Source: Strigamia acuminata (Eukaryota). Taken from it: 64,000 nt of DNA. The stretch is taken from positions 17,174,001-17,238,000 of the forward strand of contig OX442314.1 in the NCBI GenBank assembly GCA_949358305.1, read 5' to 3'. The notes beneath the pieces are model-generated. The model was not told where the DNA came from. It did no database searches and was given only the letters and a program-made list of their open reading frames with translations. A program made the position numbers and the translations under genes. Below, one piece after another: positions 14,201 through 28,916 of the stretch. How positions within the stretch are numbered: the stretch's first letter is position 1; each line of letters opens with the position of its first letter.

Positions 14201-17200
14201 AAGGGACTCACAGAGGAAGAGAGAGAGAGAGGAATGTGGAGGGGGAGAGGTGTGTCCGCGTCCACTGGTCAAGTGGTCGAGGGACCAAATGCGAAAATAA
14301 ATGAGGGGACGCGAGCCAAGAAGGATGACCCGTCCCCCGTTTCCGCGGGTGTCCCGGGGCTTCTAATCTTGGCGTTGCGAGTTGCCCGCCCCCGCTGTCC
14401 CGATAGCTGGTCGCCTCCCTCAATTCATCTTGGCAACGAGGCAAGGGGGAAGGGGGAAGGAGGGATGGATGAGTTGGGAGAGAAAAAGAGGATGGAGAGA
14501 GAGAGAAGGAGGAGTGACGAGGAAGTTGCGCACAACTCTTTTTTTCTTTTTCCTTCTCTTTCCTCTGCTTTCTTTCTTTCCCTTCTTTCTTTTCTGCCAC
14601 AAACTTTTTCTCCATTTTTTTCTTTTCCTACTGGCCAACTGGACTTTCCCTCGTAATGAGCTTTTCTGCACATGCGCAAGCATCTTTGAAAAGCAATTGG
14701 ACATACCCAGACCGTTCCATTTCGCTGCAAAAATCAACAAATTTAACTTTTCTACGAATTTACGAATGAAAATAACGATAAAACACAAAAAACAAAAAAA
14801 CATTTCTAATTACACGCGTTCCAAATTTGAGAATTATGCAATAAGTAAAGCCGATTTGTTGCAAGGCTCCAATCGAGTCCCAATGTCGAGTCATTTGTCC
14901 AGTGGACACTTTAATCCAGCGTCTGGACCTACGCGAGATTACTGCCCCCACCGAATTAAAGGATCCACCAACAAAATAAAAAAAATTGCTCAGAAGTAGT
15001 GGTGGTAGAGGTAGTGAGGTGGAGGGAAATGGAAGAAAAAAGTAAGAAAAGTAGGCATGTGGAGTGGCGGAGGTGCAGACGAAGGGGCTTTTTATCAAAT
15101 TAGATTCAAAGACACACGAGTCCATAGTAATTGGTCTCGGGCTCAAAACAAATCCAGCCAGGGGCATTTGAGGTGATTTCTGAGTCGTTTTTGTGGCGGC
15201 AAAAATGTTTCATTGATCACCAAGGGCAACGCAAGATATTGGCATACGAATCAATAAACACAAACACAAACGGAAAAAAGAAAGGCAGCAAAAGCACTAG
15301 CGCCACCAACACACGCCTACGCAGCAGCAGAAAAGTCCAAAAAAAAAATAAAGAAAAAAAAACAAGAAAAAACAAAAAAAAAAAGAGAAGCTGAAGGAGG
15401 CGAATTGGAAACGAAGAAGGAAAAAATAAAGTGAGGAGACGGAAAAAGAAAAGCAGTGGACGAAGTAAAAAGAAAAAAAGAAAAAAAAAACTAATGATTC
15501 GCCAGCCAGCACCACGCCAAGATGAACAGTGGGCTCTAATGGGACTCGCAACCCTTTGAACCCGTTACCGATGTACAGCAAAAGGATTAACTCCTTGCCC
15601 GATCAGAACGCACCGTCAAGCGAAAGATCAATGTAAGATATCACGGAAAACGCACACGATGCGAGGGAGGGGGTTGTGGAAAGAGAGAGAGAGAAAGAGA
15701 GCGAGAGAAAGAGGGGAGAATAAGAGAGAAAGAAGAGAAAAAGAGGGTGGGTGGTGGGGAGAGACATAAAGCGCAAAAACAGCCACGACTAATGGATCTG
15801 AGCAAGGAATGAGGAGGAGGATGCACGTGCAAACGGCACACGACGACAAGAACGCGACACAAACGCGTGGGTGGATTCGAGTAGGAGGGGGTGCAAACTG
15901 TAGCGTCGCCATTAAACATAAATGAACGCCACCTACCGACGCAGCAACTGGCAATGAAGTCAAGCAAAAGAAAGAGAGGATCAATCAGAGAAAAAGTAGG
16001 ACAAGGAGGAGATCAATTGGCGCCATCAACTCAGGGAAGATGAGTAAACATCAATGACGTCATCTTTCCCCCAACCCATCCCATTCTTATTTAAAATGTT
16101 TGAATTCCTCTTTTTTTTTATTTATTTAATTTTTCAATGATTAAAACAAGGGGTAGACATGCAGAAGTAAGGGGGAAGGAGATAAGAATAAGTGTTGCTA
16201 AGTGAAAAAAAATTACGTAGAGAGAGCGAGAGAGATATTGAAATAAATAAAACAGAATAAAATAAAAAGTTTTTACGACTTTGGTTTTATCGTCGATAAA
16301 AAATAAAAAATGTCGATGTCTGGCAAATAAAACACAAATGAAAAAATAAAAAATATTATTATATATGTGTATTGTATCTATATGTGGAGCAAAAAACAGG
16401 TGGAAGGTAAAATATCGAAGTGTATAGGGAGAAAAAAAAATATTAAGAGGTTGAAGAAGGGACATTTGCGCCACACCACGATAATAGAATGAGCATCATA
16501 CAATTGCTCTTTCCTCAACTGACCAGCAAGTGAAATAAATCGATAAATCGATGACCTAATCCCCCTCCCCCAACCCCTACCCCCAAAATAAAAATAATAA
16601 AAAATAAAGAAGAGGAAAAGCAATCCTCTTGCAGTGACTTGTAGTGTCTCACAACTCAAAATTTCGAAACGAAAAAACTTTTTTGAAACGCTACACCTCC
16701 CCCACATCTCGACATGATGGACGACTTATGACGTCATTCATCGGAGGTCAAGGGCAAGACACGACCCTAGACTCTCGAGAAATGAAAAGGACTTTGTGAA
16801 AGGACACTGTGGTCATTCTTGTTCCCTGACCCGCCCACGCCAGTGACAGACGCCGATCACGTCACGCTCATTTGGCGCCACCCACCAGCGCATTAAAAGT
16901 GAGTGTAAAATTGAGTGATAAATTTTGCAGAAATTAAAAACAAAAACGAGGCAAAAAAATGAGTAAAAATCAAACGAGAAAAAATGAATGCAAAGAAAAG
17001 ACCACTGACCGACTGGCGCCCGAGTTTAGTTCCACCTCGGGCAGGAAACGAAGTCTGGAATGAGTGCAGAAAAGTTGACCGTTGTCCACTCCATGCGGCG
17101 GTTCTCGGCGTCCGGGGTCTCTGCCAAAAGACAACACACACGAGTCAGTCGCGTTTCGCGCGCCAACCAGCTTCAAATCAATAAGCAACTACTCCCTACT

Positions 17201-20200
17201 CCCTTCCCCATCCCGCGTCTCCCTGCCCCGCCCCAAATGGAAAGAACTCGGCGAAAAAGTACGGGACGTATCCCGCCCCTGTCACCTGACAAACAACAAC
17301 CCCCTATCATCATTTCCCCCCACCCCCATCCCCCCCCCCCCAAAAAAAAAACAATAAAAAAAATCATTTAAAAAAAATTGCTAAATCTTCCGTAACCATA
17401 AAAAAACGTAAACAATTACGGACGAAATTAGATTTAAACACAACAGGAAAAAAAAATTTCTAATTCCATTTTATATTTAAAAAAAATTAAAAATACAAAT
17501 CAAATTTTTTTTCATATATTAAATTAACGTCGACACAAAAAAATTAAAAGAAACACGCAAACTTCCTCTTTGAAAAGTGCATTGCACTCAGGTAAATACA
17601 TTTACACACTGTATTCAGTGTAAGCTTATACACACTCGTACTTATATTTTTATACAAAAAAAATAGTTGTCCATTTCCGGGCGCGAATTGATTGTAATTA
17701 CAGCAGCGGTTATCCCTCGCTGCCCTCCATCCTCCCACCAGAAATGTGAGGAAGAGATGTGGAAGTTAGTACCAGCTACAATTTATGGCAGCAGCCGCGC
17801 TGTGGGCTGCACAACATACGTAACTTCGATAACATTCTCCTAATCTCACAAAATCAAGTTTTATGCACTTTTAATTGATTTCCGCACTACAATCAAGTTT
17901 GCAATGTGAAATTTGGATAAAACTCGGCTTGTTAAGTGAAAAATGGCGCAATTCCCCATTGACGAGACGTTTTAAACCGAAAAAAATTTAATGAGGGGGT
18001 GTGAGACATTGATCCGTACTGAAATGGGAGTATTCGTTAAACACACCTCAAGTGTGTGCAATAGATTCACACCGCCTACGAGACTCGGACGACCCTTCCC
18101 ATCCTTGAGGGCGTGGATGGAGAGTAGGGAGGGGCCGGTGTACTTGAGATGCTCGACTCACTCTGCCCCGGAGCGGGACAGGCAGGAGCATGACCTTGAT
18201 GTGACCTCATTAGCCAGTGCCAGGTGGATCCCCCCAGTTATCAAAAGATGCATTCCACAAAGAAACGCAAGGTCACCGCCACACCGCTGCCCGAGTCAAC
18301 ATCGGGGTTCGTCCACTTTGGCCGCCCACCTCACCCCTCGGGGGGTGTTAGCCTAGCGGGTTCCGCACTCGCAACACGTGGCCCTCTACTTGGCCTCTGA
18401 TTTATTTCATTTCGCCATTTTTTTTTTTTTTAATTTTTTCTTTTTTAATAGAAAACGCTCTTCTTTTCTTCTTCCAGCATTGTTAATTGTGATTCGCTGT
18501 CAATTTCATTGATGTCGATCACTTTATGTGATTTCCTGTCTCTTTTTCTGTATCACCATCAGAGGAGGTTGCGCCCTAATTTCATCTCTTTTTTCCCTTC
18601 TCCACCCTCGTCCTGACGACCCTCATTTTCCACAGACGATGGAAACGAGGTGTCTGGGGCAAAAAAAAAAAAAGTTGGTTTGAAGATGGTTTCGTGATTT
18701 CATTGCAAAGTTAATGCAAATCTAACGGAGAAATATATTCAACTCGTTTTCCCCTCTTGCACACGGAGTTTGCGCTGGTGCTCGTGCAGCACGCCACGTT
18801 GTCGTCGGGAAAAAGCGTACGAGCGTGTAGTGGGTGGTGGGTGGTGGGTGGTGGGGGCTCCCGTCAACGTTGCGCATATTCGACAATTTCTATTTAATTC
18901 GTTTTTGCACGAAATCCAGTGGTGGCAGCCTAATGAGCGCTGACCTGTCGTCGTGGTGGCAGTGATGGATTACCCGGGCCTCCTTCCTTTCCTCGGCCGC
19001 CGAAAGGAGGCAGTTTTTTTTTATTCCCCTCTTTTTCCCTTCCCTCATCCGCCTCCCCATCTCGTCTCTTGTCGACCAAAAAATGGCGAAAAACGTAATT
19101 GGGGAGAAGAGGAATGGCAAAATAATGAGGCTGTCAAGTCTCCAGCAACGCCAAACGAACGCTCAAATTTGCATAAAATTTCAATTACACTTTTCCTTAA
19201 GTTCGCTCCACTATATATCAGAAAATACTTACTGCAACTGCCGGACATTCGAGCTAAACAAGAGTCAAAAATTCATTTCCGAACGTGTCAATTTTTTTCG
19301 CCTCCTTCAGAACTTATCACCACTTACAATTGGCGCGCAAATGTTTATTTATGTAGTAACCAAGGAAACCCAAGAGCTGGGTGTGGCCCACCTCCTTATT
19401 TTCACAAGCAATTTGATCCCTTAATTAGTCGCTCAAAAATGCAAATGAGCGCGGGCTCTTTAACTCGCAATCAAGAGTGACAAAAGTATTCGGTCGATGG
19501 GGAGAAGGAAAAAGGGAAGAAAAGTGGAATTCCATCAGTGACCACTGGCCAGAGACCCAGAATAACGAAGTGTTGTTTTTCGCAGCATTCGCTCGACGTG
19601 GGTGAGTCGTTGCAGCGAGGCTCGAGGGGTGGAGCGAATTGGGGTGGATGTTGTCAGGAAATCCTTTAATTGCTTCTGTTAATTGATTCGACCTAGACAG
19701 ACGCAGGGAATGCTAAAAGTGCAACGAGTGGACACAAGCCAATAAGCAGATTGGCCTGTTCACACTTCTTCTCACGACCCCCTTCCTCCTGGCTGGCATT
19801 CGGTTCGGTTCTCTCCTCTCCTCTCTCCTTCTCTCTCCTCCCTCCACACTTCTCCCAGTTTCGTTTCTATGTCTGTGTGTGCTACTGCGAGGGAGTGTAG
19901 TAATTGGATTGCATGCGGCTACGGACAGTATTCGTTTACAAATGGAGACAAATGGACAAAGACCTCGTGTTCACGTGGGAGGAGAAAGTGCAAACGAGAA
20001 GTTTGTCTGAGGGTTGTGCACCACTGTAATTAATGAGCTGCGTCTCTTAGAAAACTTGATATTATCTTGCGTGTTTGGGAGGTAGCCGCCAAGCCAAGGC
20101 AATGGCTGTGGCCAGAGGGGGAGCCTGACCCCCACCCCAATGGCAATTACGAGCTGTTTGGCCATTCCAGTCACTCATGGGAAAACGGTGGCGGCCTCGC

Positions 20201-23200
20201 GTCTGACGTCATACCGGGCCGTCTCGCTGGCTGCTCCACTCGATTGCAAAAGTGAAGCGCACGCAGCCCCTGTTTGCGATGCGGTTTTTCGAAACATGGA
20301 GGAATTTCTGCCCTTCTCCATCAAACTAATTACGTCGCCACTCATTTTTGCGCGCCCGCCTCGCCTCGCCTCGCATTGCCTAGCAACTGTCACTCGGCGT
20401 TCGGCGCCAGCACGATGATGCAGCACCAACAACCCTTTCCCACCGTTCTCCTCTTGCCCCTGTTGGGACCCTTCCTTCCCCGTGGCCCCTTTCGTCTCCC
20501 TCTGGAGGTGGCCCGTTGCCCTGAGACACATCCATCTTTGGCCTGACAGCTTCTCTCTCTCTCTCTCTCTCATCTCCCCGTCTCTCATTCCTCCCCCTCG
20601 CATTCATCCCCCTTCAGCTCTGCCTCTTTCCCCCCTCCCCTGCCCCTCTCCAAACCGTTGCACCACGTTGCACGATGGACTTTGCTCGCGTGCATTGCGT
20701 GACATGCCATCCAGACTTCGGAGCAGCGGGAGTCGTTCGTTGAGCGGCTGCTGTTGCTGCTCAGCCTGGGGCGCTTACCTGGCCCCTCCCGCGGGACCTT
20801 CAGCTCAAATGCACCGACACGTCCATCTCTCTTTCGCTCAGGGGAAACGAGCGGGGAGGGGAGTGAGCTGGCAGCACATCCAGTGGGCGCTGTAAATCAC
20901 TTTGTGCCTGAGATCTGCTCCAGGTGCGCTCCTTTTCCGCGTGGGAATGCGCCGGACTTTAGCTCCAACGTCCCGTTTAAGGGGGCGCGCTAAAAACATT
21001 TGCATACTCGAAAAATCAAACTTTTTCTTCTTAACATTCCCGATGATGAATTGCGCTCTCCCTCGTGCCACCCATCGTGTGGTAGCACCTTCTCTCTGAC
21101 CCTTCACCTGACTTATGTTGCAAAAAAATATTCGTCATTAAAAAATAATAAGAGGAAGAGATTAAGGTTAAGAAAAAATAAAAATAAAAAACAAAAAAAA
21201 TAAAAATAAAAATAAAAAAAAATAAAAAAATAAAAAATAAATTAAAAACAAGAGCATAACAACACGCAGACGCATTTTGACGCAACGAGATCAACACCAC
21301 ACCTGCTCGTTAGGAGCGGCTTCAAAGGATTAAGCAAAACGATTACATCATGCGTGGGAGGCCAAGCGACTAAAGAGGTGACGAGAGAAAGCAAGTTGCA
21401 AGTGAGCATGCGCACCTCTGGCTCCGGCGCTCTCGCCTCCCCACCTCCACCTGGCCTCATCTCAACACCTCAATCGAAGTCCCCTCGGTGACCTCTGGCT
21501 TGCTCGCCCCGAGGGGGAGCTGGATTCACCCTATCATTTGGCGCCAATTTATATTCATAAAAACCGAACTGCAACATTCGCTACTGTGGATTCGACAATC
21601 ACAAAGAGCGCAAAACGAGAGAAAATAATGATATACAACAACACAACTCGCGTTTCCTGTCCTTTGATGCCCGCTCCTCACGCACTTCTCGACAGACGCA
21701 CGCCATGCAAAACCCACCTGCTCCTTACACGTCAAAGAATAAATTATGAATCATCGCATCTGACGTCACTATTACCTATCTAAACTTGTCAGTGTTGGAA
21801 GGTCGTCAGTTCGAGGTAGGGGGAGTTAGCAAAGCGGGGTGCGGGGTGGAGAGGTGTAAAGAGAAACGCGGTGGAGGGGTGTCTGGAGGTGGCCACACTG
21901 TCAACCCCCAGCAGAGATGCCGCCAATGTTGGTGCAGCCACTTTGTCAAGGTTGTCAGGGCCCAAATTGAAAACACAAAAAGCAAAGAAAAAAAAAAGTA
22001 TCTAGAAAAATAAAATAAATAAGAAAAAAAAAAAACGAAGATAAAAAAGTAACCCTCGCCACTCAAAGACAAAGCGTCCACTGTAATAACGCGTGCGTAT
22101 CGCTTTCAACTGACCCCAAAGGGGTGAGCGAGTGTGTGTATAGCGGAAAATTTAATTAAGTGACAAAGGGGAGGGAGTAGTGATTACTTCATAAGGAATG
22201 AGGTGTAAAAATGGACGACGCCCACACACGCCTGAGACATGATGAACGACAAGGCAAAAACTTTTTTATATCCATTTTTTTCCGCCTCTTACGCGTTCCT
22301 AATCTGAAAACCACATTTATTCGAAGGCAGGCTCAACGGCTGACCACTGAGGCGCTTCTCCTCGGGGCAAAACTTCGATCGGGAATCAGGAAACGAAGTG
22401 AAAGAGACAGAGAGAGAGAAAGAGAGAAAGAGAGGGAAAGCGAAAGATGCAGGGGGTTGGGATGGAGAATGATGCGGGGGTGGATGAGGGTTCATAACGG
22501 TAATCCATCTTCGTCACAGACATTCTCTGAATGGGGAGATCATTAGGGAAAGGCAAAAGGAGATATGCAAGGACATGGAGTATACGAAATGCACGTGATT
22601 AATGTCCAAACTAAATCGAGACGCGCACTTACGGCCATCCAACTTAACCCCTTCCGTTCCTTAACCCTCGACGTAACGAGACGATGAAGACGCGCGTCAA
22701 CAGCCGACGTCTCGCACATCAATCACGTAAGAAAAGACAAAAGAGTCCTAAGACTGAGGAGCTACGGGGTGGTCCTCGGTTCCTAAAGCGAGGCATTCTG
22801 GGACTGATCGATGACGAGGGGGTAAGGGAGGGAGGGAAATGTGGCAAGGGGAGGGAAGTGGGGGGAGAGCACAGTCGACTGTGGCTAATCGCGCTGACAA
22901 GGCAGAATTTTTTCCTGTCTCTTGCTCTAGCCCCAATTCTCGTCAGAGTTTTGCAGCGTCCGTTTTTCGCGGCTCTGTCTGTCTCTCTCTCTCTCTCTTT
23001 CTCGCTCACCATGGCATCTTTTCATTTCTCGATATCCCCCTTTTCTCCTCTTTTCACATGATACAAAGGACACCGCTTGAATCGTGTGTGAAAGGCGCAG
23101 CGGAGGAGCACTTGTTGCCCCGAGATCAACGAGCGCCTCGTAAAAGTGAATTTTACGAGTCAGCCAATTGCTGTTTCGCGTTCCCCCGACCGCGTTTCAG

Positions 23201-24706
23201 CAGCACACCCGCGCGCGTCTCAACAAAACTTCTTCCACTGATACAAACCTAGAATCTGCTGGGTAAGATTTCACACTTTGTAATCTAAATCAGAAAAAGG
23301 AGACGGAAAAAAAAGAAAGAACGAAAGAAAAAGTTTTTCTCCAAAAAAAGAAAAAAAGAAAAAAAAAGTCATTAGTAAATTGAGGGAAAAGAAAAAGGAG
23401 GGGAATAGAGGAAAAAGACAAACGGTTTTGTCTGTTTCTGGAATCAAAAACGCTAGATCGACGTCCGATGATATCGACGAAATAAAGTGGATGGAGGCCA
23501 TCGCTCAACCAATTTGAAACGCATTTGGCTTGCAGGACGCGTGTGACGATCCTCCCCCTTCCGCATAACGTTCTACTTCCAACACAAGAATGATGATTCA
23601 AAAAGTCGACACCGAAACGGCGACAGATTCAAATTGACTCGCGCCGAGAGCGCGGGCGCCATCGCCCCATTCTCGCCGTCGACCTTTAGGGGTCGCCGCA
23701 ACAGCCGCGTAGGAGGAGCAGGTGGAGACGCGGGTGTAAAAGGTTGGGTGTGGGAGAAAAGACAGCATTTGGTAAATCAATCACTGACACATTAAATCAC
23801 GAGGTGGTCGCTCAATTTCAGCCCCTGCAACGTTGGCCGCGCTTCTAATGCAACTTTAATTGCTGTGCGCGAGGGGACAGCGAATGGCGTCCGACGCAAT
23901 GCTATGCGGATTGCGGACCCCCTTATCCATCGGGTCCCACCGACTTGTCGAGGCGCAGGCGGTGAGAGTAAACCAAACCGACAGCTGTTGTCTAGTCTCA
24001 TTGGTCGACGGGGATACGTGAGGATGAATGACGGAGTCGGGACAAATTACTCATGAGCGATTCGAGGAATACCAGACCACGGTGCCCGGATAGTACAACT
24101 TAAATTGAACTTTCCATTCCTCTACTTAGAAATTTAACAAAAATAAATAAATAAATAAATAAATATATAAAAACTAAATATATTTTTTTTTAAATTTAAA
24201 AAAAAGTCGATAAATCTTTCCCAGAGCGACTCATCATTTCTCAACGAAGCCACATCAGAAATGGGAGTAATTAATATTCGGGAATAATGAGGAGAAAAGG
24301 CTTCAATTCCACTCGATTTGCGAACCCAGCATTGGAAATTAATACCCGAAACGCAGTAAGAAGTAAAAAGACAAAAGACGAATCACTAATTTCCCACGAG
24401 AAATCAACTACTCTTAACGACACGACCACGTCAACGGATTCAGTCGCCGTAGACGGACAACTCACTAATCTTAATTGATGATCAACTTCTTCCCTAACGA
24501 CATGATACGTCCCTCTCCACCCCACTCCCCTCGTGCCCTAGCTGAGCACTGTCTCACCCCTTCCTTCTCCGTCTCTACATCCGATTAAGCTTTTGGTCAC
24601 TATTAAAAAACGATCCATCACTGTCAAAATGGGGTTCCGCCACCGAGTTACGGGTGGGTGGGAGACCTAAGAAGCCACTCCCCGTTCTTCGCGCCTATCA
24701 CCTCAC

Positions 24707-27700
24707 CTCAAAAATCTACGCCAGTTGTCCACAAACTCCACGTTCACTGCGTACAAGGCGGTGCCGAATGCTGGTTTCGTCGTAATCGGTCGGTTTTTGT
24801 CCAAATATAAATCGTTGAGTGCGTTCTTTTGCACTAACGCCATGTTGCGATAAGTTTTTCGTAGCTGATCGGTTCGTTCTTGCACAACCTAAAATGTGCA
24901 CCGTATTTAATGCACTTAAAAATTTAATAAATCCTAATGGAAAAACTTACCTCACAATTTCCGCACGGCGCATGACTTTGTGAAAATTCGGGTGCATCAG
25001 TGAAATACTGTTTAAGGCGTTTCCAAACTTCAACTGGAACCAGACGTCTGTCCGCATCGTGAATAGATAAGTCATCTGCAAGTGAAATTGATCGAGGTAA
25101 TTGAAATTTCTATAAAGAAATATGATAAAAAAAAAAAAATTTCCCACTAACAAAAACGCAAGTCATATTCTTTACGCTTATAGAATGAGCCAATTTCATT
25201 TCATCGGCGTGTTAAGCTTTTCACTTTAAAATTTGGACAAACTCAAGGTGTTATAATAACAATAATTAATGTAAATTTAAAAAAAAATGAAAATAATGTC
25301 TTCAATTATACAGTGACTGGTCAATCTCGTTTTTTGTTGATTTATTTATGACGTCCTTGTTTTAATGGGTTATTAACTGAAACGAAACGCACTGTGGTCA
25401 CACGAAATGTCTTCATTAAATGTGAACGATAGTGGCAAAGCGGTTTCTCCTTGGTCATCCATGTCCACTTCTGTATTCAGAACTTGTTCATCGAGATTGC
25501 TGTGGCCTGTTTCGTTTTCTTTATTCGTATTTTCAAACCGTAGTAACGCCAATTTTTTCCACGAGCGTAGTGATGATTTCCCTATCCAATATCCTTCTTC
25601 GTCTCTGTTTTAATAATGTTTTGACTTTTAATTTTTTTTTTAAATTATCAACTGGCAAAGTCAACGCACGGATTCATTTTTTCTTTCAGTAAATTATTGA
25701 TAAACTTGTGGTCGTTGCTTATTTGCGCTCTCGTCCGAATTAATCGACACCGAAAAACAACACACTCGTAGCATAAAGTTTCTCTGCAAGAAAATATCAT
25801 CAATTAATCAACCATCAACACTAAAATAATAACTAAAACTCTACTTATTTAGACGAGGTCCACCACCATATTTGGCATAAATGATGTCAGCCTGGAAGTA
25901 CAAAGCGTATAAATTTTATAGCATAAAATGTAAAATATTTTATTCTCACTGCTTCCTGACTAATGAGTTTCATTTGGCAAATGTTGTCCACGTTCAATCT
26001 ATTTTTTAAAAAATAAAAAAAATAAAAAAATAAATAAAAAAAAATTAGAAATGCAAATTGTTTAATTTTTTTTTTACTTGGAATGTGGGCAGAGAAATGA
26101 CGAATTGTTAACAGGTTTAATCCCCTCTTTGGAAGTTAAATAGCTTGTTAACCATTCTGTTTGCAGCCATTCAAACTGGCCATTTGTGACTGGCAATAAA
26201 TTGTATAAATTCTTTACTTCATCTTGTCTCGCTTTACCTTTTTTCAAATTTAATTCCTTCAAAGAAACTCTTGATTAACACATTAAGTTTTTTAAAATTG
26301 TCAACAACAAACCCTCATTTTTTCTATATCTCTAATCCATTCGGCAAATTTACTATTATCTTCAATTACTAAATTTTGCAATCGTTCAGGTAAATCCCAT
26401 TCAGTTGATGTATCTTTCGGAATATCTGTAAAAACAAACTAAATAAGATTAACAAGGTTAAGGAATATATTATTTTGTTACCTTCTATTTCTTTCGAACG
26501 CAATCTGTACACTAACATGTAAGCATTTTTTGAAGAATGTTGTCCTTTTCCAACTTTGGGCTTTTTTGGTTGTTTACCAACTTTGTGTTAAAAATATTAT
26601 AATAAATTACGTTCATTATCATTAAAGAAGACTTTATTTTCATACTTTCGTCTTCATCGCCTCCCAGTTTGAGATTCCCTTTCATTTTTTCAACCGTTTC
26701 GTCGTTGAATTTGTACCAATCACCAGTTGTCCTGTCCTTAATGTGTGCAATGTAATGTCCAGAAAAAGCAGTAGGACCTCGATGAATCAACACCGCACTT
26801 AAATCGTAAATAGTTTGAGATCGATCTAAATTAAAACAAAAATATTTAGAATCGACTAAAAATCCCAAATTATTATTTTTTTTTTACCAATACATGAAAC
26901 ATAGTTTTCGACGTTTAAAACTTCCGGAAAATTTAAATAAGAATTAAGTTTTTTCTTTTGTCCTGATTTTCTGTAATTTAAGCAACAATATAATAATATT
27001 AAGTGCAAAATGTGCAAATATTGTTTACCGGTCAAATATAAATCTTAACAACTGTAAATTGAGTACTGGAGGCATTTTTACTAGTTGTATTTTACGAGTT
27101 GCATTTTGTTTGGATTGGCAATAACTACAGAAATATTGATCTGCCCCTTCCAACTTTTCTTCCTATAAATAGAAATATGTTACATATATTTTTAAAACTG
27201 CTGATGGATGAAGTAATTTGTTTACCTGAAGAAATTCTTCGATGCATTCGTGTAAATCCTTGTGGCCAGTTACATTTAAATCCAGCTCATAAAAATTCGA
27301 CGGACACGATGAGTTTTGTTTACAATTTGTACATCTGAAGTATAAACTCATTAAAACACTAAAATTGACAAATATAATCTACCGCTATTACATTGTATCA
27401 TAATTGTATTTTCCCCGAAATTGAGTTTGTAGAATTTCACGTACTGAATAATTATTCTGATACTGTAATTTCGTCTCTAAAAGATTCATAAATAACTTAG
27501 AAAATTCCTGTGCATCCTACAAAATAAAAAAATTAATAAAACATTATTTTATATAAATTACGTATTATTTCAAAAAATATATACTTGTTGCTGGGCAGTA
27601 TCTAGTCCCAACGAATTCACAAAATCTGAAGGATCAATATACCTGAAAATGAAAAAAAATTGTAAGTAGTTTATTTATTTTTTAAATTTCTGATGTAAAT

Positions 27701-28573
27701 ATTACCGACGATCACTATATTGGAGTAAACCAAAAATTAATTGTAAATGTCCAGCACATGATGTTGGTAAATAAGATTCATCTACAAAACAAATACACCA
27801 TATCGGAAACATTAATAACAAAAAGCAAAAAAGTTTTAAATTCTAAACCTCGCAACGTAAATAATAGCTAATAATAGCCATCAACAAAATAAAAATTTAT
27901 GTTCAATCAATTTAAATCGAAAAAAAACCTTCCACGTTCAATTTAATTCCACAATTTAAAACAGACAAAACCTTTTGACAAGTTCATTTTTTCTTGCGGG
28001 TCATCTTCTGGTTTCCACTGATACATTCCTTTTCTTAATATTGGATTATGAAACCACAACTGTGAAATAAAATAACTCAAATTAGAATACACGAATTTTA
28101 AAACTCTGACCTAATTTCTTCACCTGCAACAAGCAATTAACATAACACGTAGCTCCTAAATTTTTCAGACCCACAAAGCAGCCCTATAGGAAAATCCAAC
28201 AATTCTGTAGTTATACGCAATAAACAATCGATTTAAAATTATAATTTCGAACCTCCACTCGTTTTTCTTGCTTAGGATCATCAATTGCAAACCAATTTTC
28301 TTCTTTTTCTACATCAAGCCATTCCTTTTCTCCTAAACCAAAAAGACAATTCGGATTCCCCTTACAATTCCTTCTGCAAAACAAAATCGCTCGATTAATT
28401 CACCTATTAAAGTGATACACGTGTGCAGAAAATATTTACCTGCATTTCCCCTTCTGACAAGCTTGTAATTTCACTCTGTAAGCCATTTCCAGGTGCTGTT
28501 GACCGATGTTCTCTACGTTAATTTCTTCAGCCCATTCCCATGCTGCTTTCTCAAGTTTGTGCTGAGGAGCCAT
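24707..28573 (-). CDS. USP48: Ubiquitin carboxyl-terminal hydrolase 48, multi-exon; 3' part not found in the window
   Basis: Starts [34 protein letters not shown], typical of the USP48 N-terminus. Cys box [16 protein letters not shown] and His box [21 protein letters not shown] are present, as are DUSP-region motifs [17 protein letters not shown] and FNEDISCDH. The last visible exon ends ...[12 protein letters not shown]|gtgagg at 24707. The introns checked are GT-AG. Confidence 0.93.
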
Positions 28574-28916
28574 TAATATCTTTCTCATTCGTTCTGCTAC
28601 AGTTCTAATCAGATTAAAATGAAAATCTTGTCATATTATCATTCAAAACGAATCATGACTACGTGTAGACAAAAAGTAAGAATTTATGCGTGTGTAAACG
28701 ATAATCAAGTTTAAATGCTCGCAGCAGATTCAAAATTAAACCTTTTTACCAACAGACGGCACCACATATTTTTCTTGTTTAAAACAATAGAGCGATGTAC
28801 ACTTTGGACTATTTGGAAAAGGAAGCACGATGATGATGGATTAAATATACACAATTTTGTTTTTACAAGTAAAATTTATTTTATTTCATTAATTACAAAT
28901 CCGAAAACGGCAAAAA

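Noticed and set aside
37..24525. Numerous 60-214 aa ORFs in the left half, including the poly-His ORF at 5070-5294 and 14012-14656
   Set aside because: They are translations of poly-A/T, GA and GC-rich tracts, with no recognisable domain, no consistent splice structure and overlap on both strands.
25841..25860. Apparent non-canonical ATAAGT donor in USP48
   Set aside because: A canonical GTAGAG donor 4 nt further gives the correct phase (PRLNK-ETLC).
26455..26465. U12-type branch-point-like TCCTTAAC in a USP48 intron (also at ~51052 in troponin C intron 2)
   Set aside because: The donors are ordinary U2-type (gtaaca, gtaagt) and the distance to the acceptor is too long for a minor intron.
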